64,000 nucleotides of DNA, taken from positions 15,795 through 79,794 of the forward strand of contig JAHZGC010000015.1 in NCBI GenBank assembly GCA_019421015.1, in the 5' to 3' direction. Under the pieces are notes generated by a model, which was not told where the DNA came from, ran no database searches, and saw only the letters and a program-made list of their open reading frames with translations. Origin of the DNA: Coriobacteriaceae bacterium (lineage in GTDB: Bacteria > Actinomycetota > Coriobacteriia > Coriobacteriales > UMGS124). The position numbers and the translations under genes are program-made. Of the stretch, positions 1-7,159 are shown piece by piece (within the stretch, counting starts at the first letter, position 1; each line of letters starts with the position of its first letter).

Positions 1-1375
1 CGCCCGCGGCTCCCTCGCTCAGCCCTTCGCCAGCCGCTTCGTTCTCCGTTGGCCCCTCCGTGTTGAACGCGATCTCGCTCGACGAGAGTGGCACCGAGAA
101 CCCAGCGTCGCCCGCGCCGGCCCTACGCCGGCTCAGCAGCACGAGCGTCATCGAGAGCAGGTAGATTGCGATCGCCACCATAAGCAGCAGTTTCATCACG
201 TCGTCAAAGTGCTCGTGGGCCCGCAGGTAGTCCCCAGCCACCAGGCTGGCCGAGAGGCACAGCCGCGCCACGATCATCGACACCGCCACGGCGGCCACCG
301 GCGGCGCTTGGCGCACGCGGGCGGTCTCGAGCAGCAGGAATAAAAACGATATGTTCACCACACTGCTGGTAAAGATCAACACCGCGCAAAAGAGCCCCTC
401 GTAGGCGGCGCCCAAAAATGGCAGCACGATGAGCAGCAGGCCGATGCAGGGCAGCACCCCGCTGAAAAGGCGCCGCAGGTCGAGCACGCGGTTCGTGCCA
501 AACGCAAGGCACAGCACAAGGAGCGCCGCCCCCACCGAAGCCACCGTCTGCATCAGCCGTTCCTCGGCGGAGTAGCCCGTGGCCAAAAACGCGGTCACAA
601 AGCCAGTTAACATCGTGAGCGACGCGTAGATTACCAACTGGCTCCACAGCTCGCCGTACAGCCGGTAGACGCGCCGCAGCGCCTCACGCGGGCTGGCAGC
701 GGGGTGCGCGTCGGCCCGGGGCATCTCCACCTTGCGGTAGGCCGAAGGACGCGCCGGGTTCCCTATGGTCACGTTGCCGAGCTGCCACAGTATGGCCGCG
801 CTTACCACCCCAATCGCCGCCAGCGCGAACGCCTGGGGTACCGTGGCCAGCTCCTGGAGGGCCCAACCTGTGAGCGAGCTTGCGAGTATCGAGGTCACCA
901 GCGTGGCCAGGCAACGCTTGGCCCCTAGCGTGGCAAAAGGCACGAGCCACGCGGTGTTGGCAACGATGGACGTCAGGCCGTATATGGCGGGCAAGAACAC
1001 GCCCATCCAGGGCGCTCCCTCCACTGAGAGCGCCCCTATCCCCGAGCAGAGATTGATAGCCGCGAGCGCCAGGATCGACGCGGTGCCGGCGCGCCGCAGC
1101 GTAAGGCTCGGCCGCAACGTGCTTGCCACAAAGAGTCCTATACATACCGTGATGATTGAGAGCGAGACCGTTAACGCAAAGTCAACGTTGGCCCCGCTCA
1201 TAGGGTGCGCGCCCGGCACGGTCGACATGGCTGTGGAATAGGTCGAGTTCATGAGCGTGCGGAACGGCCCGTAACCCAGCATCAGTGCCAGGCAGTAGTG
1301 GTCGACACGGGCGATGTGATGGGGGAGCGCGGCGGATGAGACGGTCTCGCTGGGTTGGGCGCAACGTGGTCTCAT
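1..1375 (-). CDS. Polytopic membrane protein, probably the membrane/sensor domain of a membrane-anchored LuxR-type regulator (3' end outside the window)
   Basis: Absent from the ORF track because it runs off the left edge. Manual minus-strand translation from ATG 1375-1373 (AAGGAGG 6 nt upstream) gives MRPRCAQPSETVSS... and stays open for about 458 codons to position 1. It is rich in hydrophobic helix-like segments (LALAAINLCSGIGAL, VLPCIGLLLIVLPFLGAAY). The architecture matches the complete membrane-LuxR proteins in this window. No HTH lies inside the window. Confidence 0.6.
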   Translation of the reverse strand, partial: MRPRCAQPSETVSSAALPHHIARVDHYCLALMLGYGPFRTLMNSTYSTAMSTVPGAHPMSGANVDFALTVSLSIITVCIGLFVASTLRPSLTLRRAGTASILALAAINLCSGIGALSVEGAPWMGVFLPAIYGLTSIVANTAWLVPFATLGAKRCLATLVTSILASSLTGWALQELATVPQAFALAAIGVVSAAILWQLGNVTIGNPARPSAYRKVEMPRADAHPAASPREALRRVYRLYGELWSQLVIYASLTMLTGFVTAFLATGYSAEERLMQTVASVGAALLVLCLAFGTNRVLDLRRLFSGVLPCIGLLLIVLPFLGAAYEGLFCAVLIFTSSVVNISFLFLLLETARVRQAPPVAAVAVSMIVARLCLSASLVAGDYLRAHEHFDDVMKLLLMVAIAIYLLSMTLVLLSRRRAGAGDAGFSVPLSSSEIAFNTEGPTENEAAGEGLSEGAAG

Positions 1376-1699
1376 CGGTTCCTCCTTGGCTAGCGCGGCG
1401 CTGTAGCAACCCGATTGCGGAGGATGAGCGGTATAACGTCATCCGCCAGCGGATTGGAGGCTTTTCATTATCGCCGTTTTTACAGTGCAGGGGGCCGCGC
1501 GTTTTGCAGGGGTTGCCCACCTAACGAACCCCTGGGAATCCACGAAAAGCTGGGGCTTGACGCGCCGTGCCCTGCAGCCACTGTCTAAAACAGGCAAAAG
1601 TACCGTTTTTTCCGGTAACTCTGAACTCTCCGCTCCCGTGCGCATTTATCGAATGCTATGCCCGGGACAATCCGCCACAAAGGGGCTTTTCCGTACCCC

Positions 1700-3532
1700 T
1701 TACGCCGTCGCCAGCCGTGCGGCACCTTCGCCGGCAATGCGGCCGAAGACCGTGATGTCGGCCACGGCGGTGGTGCCCAGGCGGTTGGTGCCCATGATGC
1801 CGCCGGTCACCTCGCCGGCCGCGAACAGGCCGGGAATGACCTCGCCGTCCTCGTTGATCACGTGGGCGTCGCGGTCGATCTGCACGCCGCCCATGGTGTA
1901 GTGCACGGTGGGCGTTACGGGGAAGGCCACGTAGGGGCCCTCGCCGATGGGGAACATCTGGGCGCGGTAGCCAAACTGGCTGTCGGAGTTCTTTTCGACG
2001 TCGGCGTTCCAGGTGGCCAGGGTCTGGGCCAGCCCCTCGGGGTCGATGCCAAAGGGCTCGCAGACCTCTTCCAGGGTCTCGCCGATCACCCAGGTGCCGT
2101 TGGCGTACATGGTGGCCGTCTCGTCGTAGGTCTCGGGGGTGTAGCCCTCGGCGGCCGCGTCGGCCTCGGTCATGACCATGTAGCCCACGCCGCCCTCCTG
2201 GGCCAGGATGCCCTTGCTCACCACGTCGCGGCGCTCGAGCTCCTCCACGAAGCGCTGGCCCGCGGTGTTCACGAGCACGGCGGTGCCGCTGGTGCGCACG
2301 CCGCCGCAGTCGAGCATGGTGCCGTCGGTGGTGCTGCCGTAGGGGTGGGTCTGGATCCACTCCATGCCTACCAGGTTGGCGCCCAGCTCGGTGGCCAGCG
2401 CGATGCCGTCGCCGTCGGCTCCGCGCGAGTCGGTGCAGCGGTAGCGTTCGTCGAGCTCGGGGTCCCACTGCGAGCGCATCTGCACGTTGGCACCGAAGCC
2501 GCCGGTGGCTAGCACCACGGCCGGGGTGGCCACGGTGACCTCCTCGCCGGTGAGCTTGTCCTCCACCTTGACGCCGGTCACGGCGTCGGCCTCGTCGGTC
2601 AGGATCTGGCTCACGCGGGCGTCGTTGAACATCTGGACGCCGGCTGTGCGGGCCTTCTTGGTCAGATGCACCACCGCGCCCGCACCGTAGTCGACCGGGC
2701 AGGTGGAGCGGGCGCAGCTGTGGCCGCCGTCCTGCACCACAAAGGAGTACCAGGGCATCCCCACGTTAAAGGTGAGCCAGTTAAAGGAGTCCAGGGCGCC
2801 GTCGCACAGGGTGTGCACCAGCTCGGGGTCGCCCAGGTTGTCGCCGCCCACGAGCATGTCCTCGGCCAGGGCGTCTGCACTGTCCTCGATGCCCTTGCGC
2901 TGCTGGGCCCAGCTGCCGGGGGCCGCGTAGCCAAAGCCCGAGAGCGCCGTGCTGCCGCCAAAGATGTCGAGCTTCTCCAGGAGCACCACCGACGCCCCCG
3001 CCTGTGCCGCGCTGATGGCTGCGGCCAGGCCTGCGCCGCCGGAGCCCACCACCACGACGTCGGCCTGCTCGGGGATCGCGGCCTCGCGGGTGCGCTCGGC
3101 CTTGGGGCGCTTCTCCCACTCCGAGGTGTCCTCGCCGGCATCCTCCAGGGCCGCGGCGATGGCGGCCTTGTAGGCAAAGCTCGTGATGGTGGCACCGCTC
3201 ACGGAGTCGACGTTCAGGGTCTGGTCGCGCAGCACGAGCTCGCGGATGATGTCCTGGGCCGCGGTGCCCACGCTCAGGGTCTCGTGGGAGCGTAGCTCGT
3301 GGATGCGCACGAGTTTTCCGTCCTCGAGCGACACCTCCACGGTGAGGTCGCCGCCCTTGCCCTGGCCGGTGCCCACCCCGCCGTAGAAGCCGGGCGTGGC
3401 CGTGGCGTCGGCGCTCTCGTCGGCATAGGCGGCCGAAGCGGCCCCGAGGGCACAGGTCCCGGCGAGGGCCGCGGCCCCCGTCACGAACGAGCGGCGCGTG
3501 GTGGGGCAGGCGGGTGCGATGCGGTGCGTCAT
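1700..3532 (-). CDS. Tat-signal flavoprotein reductase: FMN-binding domain plus FAD-dependent fumarate/urocanate-reductase-like domain
   Basis: ORF 1700..3655, with the start trimmed to ATG 3532 (GGAGAG upstream). Twin-arginine signal TTRRSFVTGAAALAG. FMN_bind-type flavinylation motif DSVSGATITS. FAD motif VVVVGSGGAGLAAAISAAQAG. C-terminal GLFAAGEVTGGIMGTNRLG as in FrdA/flavocytochrome c relatives. Confidence 0.85.
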   Translation of the reverse strand: MTHRIAPACPTTRRSFVTGAAALAGTCALGAASAAYADESADATATPGFYGGVGTGQGKGGDLTVEVSLEDGKLVRIHELRSHETLSVGTAAQDIIRELVLRDQTLNVDSVSGATITSFAYKAAIAAALEDAGEDTSEWEKRPKAERTREAAIPEQADVVVVGSGGAGLAAAISAAQAGASVVLLEKLDIFGGSTALSGFGYAAPGSWAQQRKGIEDSADALAEDMLVGGDNLGDPELVHTLCDGALDSFNWLTFNVGMPWYSFVVQDGGHSCARSTCPVDYGAGAVVHLTKKARTAGVQMFNDARVSQILTDEADAVTGVKVEDKLTGEEVTVATPAVVLATGGFGANVQMRSQWDPELDERYRCTDSRGADGDGIALATELGANLVGMEWIQTHPYGSTTDGTMLDCGGVRTSGTAVLVNTAGQRFVEELERRDVVSKGILAQEGGVGYMVMTEADAAAEGYTPETYDETATMYANGTWVIGETLEEVCEPFGIDPEGLAQTLATWNADVEKNSDSQFGYRAQMFPIGEGPYVAFPVTPTVHYTMGGVQIDRDAHVINEDGEVIPGLFAAGEVTGGIMGTNRLGTTAVADITVFGRIAGEGAARLATA

Positions 3533-3676
3533 GGTGTTCTCTCCAATCGTCGATGTGCGTTTGTGCGCGGGTTCGGGTGCGAGCTCCGCGGCCCGGTGGG
3601 GGCGTGGCGTCGCTTGCTGGCCACAACGGTAGGACAGAGGGTCTAGACAAAGCATCGGTTGTGGGACGATGGGTGA

Positions 3677-3724
3677 GCTTATTTGCCTAAGCAGGTCTAT
3701 AAGCGTCTAAACATGCAGGTAGAT
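3677..3724 (-). promoter_or_regulatory. Candidate promoter/operator box upstream of the 1700-3532 reductase (site 1 of a recurring motif)
   Basis: The plus strand reads GCTTATTTGC-N13-TAAGCGTCT-N4-ATGCAGGTAGAT. The site upstream of the 7160-9808 gene (9914-9962) is nearly identical. In gene sense it reads ATCTACCTGCAT..AGACGCTTA..GCAAATAAGC and ends about 145 nt before the ATG. Confidence 0.4.
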
Positions 3725-3891
3725 GGGCTGATAAGTGCGATGTCTAGGCTGCGCTCGCTCCCGTCGCTGGGCCCCGTATCCCGACCTAACCCGACTCCTC
3801 GGCGCACAGACTTACGCGGCTGCGCTACCATGCCACCGAGAGAGGCGGGAGTGCGCCGGGAAGGCGACGTCCCGCAGGGGAGGAAGGCATC

Positions 3892-5289
3892 GTGATCCAG
3901 AGTCTGTACAAGAAGCTCAAGTCTATCCCGCTGGTCCTTCTGGGCCTGGGCCTGTGCCGCGCCTGGTCGGTGGCCATGTTCTCGGGGGCGTATCCCAACG
4001 GCTTTGCGGGTGCGTTCATGCTCTTTGCGGCGAGTACCGCGGTGGGAGGCCTGGTGCTGGCCGCGCTGGCTCCAAGGGTTTCTCCGCTGTACAAGAACAA
4101 GCACCTGCTGCTTGCGGCCGCCCTGCTCATGGGGCTGGGGACCGCCGGCTTCGGGCTGTTTTCCTTTGCCATCCCCAACCAGGCCATCTTGGCCGTCATG
4201 ACCGTGGGGGCGGGCCTGGGCGGCGCGGTGCTGCAACTGGCTTGGTGCGAGTGCCTGGGATGCTTCAACCCCATGCGGGTGTGCCTGTACCACGCAGGGG
4301 CCATCGGGCTGGGGGCCGTGCTTGCGATTCTGATCTATGGGTTGGTGCCGTTGTGGGTGGCGGTGGTTTCGGTGATCCTGCCGCTCGTCTCGCTGCTGTG
4401 GTGTCACGAGGGTATCCAGCTTGCCGACGAGCGCGACCTGCCCACCGGTCGCAAAGACTCCGATGCCGTGACCTTTCCATGGAAGCCTGTGGCGCTCATG
4501 GCGGTGTGCGCGTTCGCTTCGGGGTTCAATAACATGGACATGCAGGGCGACGGCATGAACCTCATCGGCTCGCTCGGTGAGCTCTGCGTGATGGCCGCCG
4601 TGGTGCTGGGCGTGCTGGCCGACCGGCGGCGCTTCAACTTCGCCTCGCTCTTTAAATTCGCCATGCCGCTTACGGTGATCAGCCTCATGCTCGTTGTGCC
4701 GGCGCTGGGGTCGATGGCGCCCATTTCGGCGTTCTGCTACTCGGGCGGCGACGCGGCACTCTCGGTGCTCGTGATGGTCATCATGTGCAGCCTGGTGTAC
4801 CGCTTCGGCGTGAACGCCGTGCGCCTGAACGGCATCGAGCGCGGCGTGCGCTACCTGTGCCTGGCGGGCGGCTGGATGCTGCGCGAGCTTGTGGCGGGCG
4901 CGCTCACGGCCGAGGCGCTGGCCGTGGTGCAGGTCGTGGCGCTCGCCCTGGTGGTGGTGGCGTTCGTGGCCATCTTCTACACCGAGGACAGCCTGGCGTC
5001 GCTGTGGGGCGCGGCCGTGAAGACCGCCGAGGTCACCCCCGAAGCAGAAATGCGAGCCGCCCGGGCCATCGCGGCCGGACGACTCGCCAAGGAGTACGGT
5101 CTGACCCCGCGCGAGGGCGAGGTCCTGCAGCTGCTCGCCCAGGGGACGAGCCTGCTCGATATCGAGAAGAGCCTGTTCATCGCCCAGGGGACGCTGCGGG
5201 CCCACATCAACCACATCTACACCAAAATGGACATCCATAGCCGCGACGAGCTGCGGGGCCTCATCGAGAAGGCCGTGGAGGCGGTGTAG
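3892..5289 (+). CDS. Membrane-anchored LuxR-family transcriptional regulator (multi-TM N-terminus, C-terminal GerE/LuxR HTH)
   Basis: GTG start with GGAGGAAGG upstream. The N-terminal ~380 aa are hydrophobic. The C-terminus is YGLTPREGEVLQLLAQGTSLLDIEKSLFIAQGTLRAHINHIYTKMDIHSRDEL, a LuxR-type HTH. Divergent from the flavoprotein gene. Confidence 0.85.
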   Translation: MIQSLYKKLKSIPLVLLGLGLCRAWSVAMFSGAYPNGFAGAFMLFAASTAVGGLVLAALAPRVSPLYKNKHLLLAAALLMGLGTAGFGLFSFAIPNQAILAVMTVGAGLGGAVLQLAWCECLGCFNPMRVCLYHAGAIGLGAVLAILIYGLVPLWVAVVSVILPLVSLLWCHEGIQLADERDLPTGRKDSDAVTFPWKPVALMAVCAFASGFNNMDMQGDGMNLIGSLGELCVMAAVVLGVLADRRRFNFASLFKFAMPLTVISLMLVVPALGSMAPISAFCYSGGDAALSVLVMVIMCSLVYRFGVNAVRLNGIERGVRYLCLAGGWMLRELVAGALTAEALAVVQVVALALVVVAFVAIFYTEDSLASLWGAAVKTAEVTPEAEMRAARAIAAGRLAKEYGLTPREGEVLQLLAQGTSLLDIEKSLFIAQGTLRAHINHIYTKMDIHSRDELRGLIEKAVEAV

Positions 5290-5340
5290 GGGAGCGGGGA
5301 TGTGGAGGGGCGGCGGGATGACGCCGAAGACCCAGATACA

Positions 5341-5535
5341 TCCGCATAATCAGGGTTCTGGATAGGCGCGGGAACCGCGTTGGCGGTCGCGTTGGGCGAC
5401 AGAGAGCTCGAGTGGCTGGGGACGTTCGATAAAACCGCAGGTGAGCAGGGTGTTGGCTGCAGGGGGCTTCTCGCCTCGCGGTCGAGCCGGGAACATCGGG
5501 GCCCGGCGGCCTATCCAGAACCCTGATTATGCGGA
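5341..5535. repeat. MITE-like palindromic element with perfect 27-bp terminal inverted repeats
   Basis: TCCGCATAATCAGGGTTCTGGATAGGC at 5341-5367 is the exact reverse complement of 5509-5535. The element is 195 bp, with AACCGCAGGT (5433-5442) at the dyad centre (5438). It lies between convergent gene ends. No clear target-site duplication. Confidence 0.7.
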
Positions 5536-5616
5536 AAGATCTCGGGTTTTAGAACGTGCCCGATTCCCGGTTGCAAAGAGTGCTTGCCCGATTCCCGGCT
5601 TGCCTCGTCCGCGAAC

Positions 5617-6390
5617 CTACCTTCCGGTACCGCCCACGGCCGCCAGTTCGGCTACCACCTGGGCCGCCGCCTGCGGGTACAGCCGCGCCCTGCGTACCAG
5701 GGGAGAGGCCCCCAGCTCGTCGGAGAACCTCTCCGCCCACGGTCGCATGTGCTCGGTCGCAAAGGCGTCGCGCTCCGCCAACGCCGCGTCGCAGGAAGCC
5801 CGGTCGCCCCTGTCGAGCGCGTCGCAGGCTGCGTAGGTGAGCTCGGCCAAAAACGCCAGCTCAAAGGCCAAGTGATCGTCGGCCTCGTGGGGGTAACCGC
5901 TGGGGAGAAACCCGCGGGCCGCATAGGCCCTGCGCACCGCGAGCGTCTCGGAGCCAAAGAGCGCGCCGTCGGCCTCGAGGTAGCACGACCCCCAGGGCTG
6001 GGCTGACCTGGCCCCGGGCCTCTCAAGCAGCACGGTGTACTCGTCGCCAAGCCTGTCGAGCGTCGCGGCGGGGTCGCGCCCCCAGGCGTCGGTCAGCTCG
6101 GCGAGGGCGCGGGGAAGGGGGCCGTTGTCGGCCACGGGCACCTCGCCGTTGGCCACGGCGCCCCCGTCGCTCGGCACGTCGGCGCCGGCGCCCTCGAACA
6201 CCTGCGCCGCCTCGGGCCGGCCCAGCGCCGCGAGCAGCCCCTCGCTCGGCTTTTGGCCGAACACCGCCGCCAACAGCTCAAAGGCTCGTCCCTGCCGCTC
6301 GAGCTCTGCCGCCTGCGCTGCAGAGAAAACTCCGACCTCCGCGGTCTTCTCACCGCACGCCCTCTCGTCGCGTGCCCCCGCCGCGCCCAT
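5617..6390 (-). CDS. TorD/DmsD-family molybdoenzyme maturation chaperone
   Basis: Motif YPHEADDHLAFELAFLAELTY and the overall length fit TorD-like redox enzyme maturation proteins. The start ATG overlaps the stop of the upstream Fe-S gene (TAATG), which suggests translational coupling. Confidence 0.75.
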   Translation of the reverse strand: MGAAGARDERACGEKTAEVGVFSAAQAAELERQGRAFELLAAVFGQKPSEGLLAALGRPEAAQVFEGAGADVPSDGGAVANGEVPVADNGPLPRALAELTDAWGRDPAATLDRLGDEYTVLLERPGARSAQPWGSCYLEADGALFGSETLAVRRAYAARGFLPSGYPHEADDHLAFELAFLAELTYAACDALDRGDRASCDAALAERDAFATEHMRPWAERFSDELGASPLVRRARLYPQAAAQVVAELAAVGGTGR

Positions 6391-7013
6391 TACGCGATCT
6401 CCTCGGGGGAGTTGCCCAGGCTTCCCTCACCGCCCAGCGCGCAGAAGCGCGAGGTGCCGATGACCATCGAGGGTCCGGTGGCCTCGGGCGACGCCAGCGG
6501 CTCCAGCCATGCGCCCTCGCCGTGACGCTCGCGCAGCTCGTCGATGTCGCCCCAGTCCAGGCAGCGCATGAGGCAGGCGTCCACGCAGGCGGGGTTCTGG
6601 CCGGCGTCCACCAGGTCGCGGCACAGGTCGCACTTGCCCATCACGCCGGCGGCGCTTATGAGGTGCGGGGCGTTGTAGGGGCAGGCCTGGGCGCAGGCGC
6701 CGCAGCCGACGCAGATTTCCTGGTCCACGTAGACAATGCCGTCGTCGCGCTTGGTCATGGCACCGGTGGGGCAGGCGGCCACGCAGGCCGGGTCGGCGCA
6801 GTGCATGCACGAGACCGACACGCTGTAGGCGTACACGCCGGCGGGCACGGGCACGCCGCTGCCGTTGTCCTGCCAGCTGCCGACCTCCCAGTCGATGACG
6901 CGGCGGTACTTCTCACCTGCGGCGGAGCCGTTCTTGTCGATGCAGGCCGCCATGCAGGCGCGGCACGACCCGCAGCGGTCGGCGTCAAAGTAGAACCCAA
7001 GCTGCTTGCTCAT
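6390..7013 (-). CDS. 4Fe-4S ferredoxin-type electron-transfer subunit (DmsB-like)
   Basis: Several Cys clusters: CGSCRACMAAC, CMHCADPACVAACP, CVGCGACAQACP, CDLC...C. The N-terminus MSKQLGFYFDADRC is typical of DmsB-family subunits. Confidence 0.85.
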   Translation of the reverse strand: MSKQLGFYFDADRCGSCRACMAACIDKNGSAAGEKYRRVIDWEVGSWQDNGSGVPVPAGVYAYSVSVSCMHCADPACVAACPTGAMTKRDDGIVYVDQEICVGCGACAQACPYNAPHLISAAGVMGKCDLCRDLVDAGQNPACVDACLMRCLDWGDIDELRERHGEGAWLEPLASPEATGPSMVIGTSRFCALGGEGSLGNSPEEIA

Positions 7014-7040
7014 GAAAGTCGTCCTTTCGGGTATGGGGAG

Positions 7041-7085
7041 AAAGGCCTCGTGGCCAAGGGCCGGTCCTGAGGTCGCGAGGCCTTT
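7041..7085. other. Intercistronic stem-loop between the molybdopterin and Fe-S subunit genes
   Basis: AAAGGCCTCG (7041-7050) and CGAGGCCTTT (7076-7085) form a perfect 10-bp inverted repeat around a 25-nt loop, inside the 146-nt gap between the two genes. Confidence 0.5.
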
Positions 7086-7159
7086 TCCGCCGGGGGTTTA
7101 CGAAAACGTGGCACCGTTCCTGGAAGCGAAGCGGCGTCCTTGGGAACGTGGCGCTGTTC

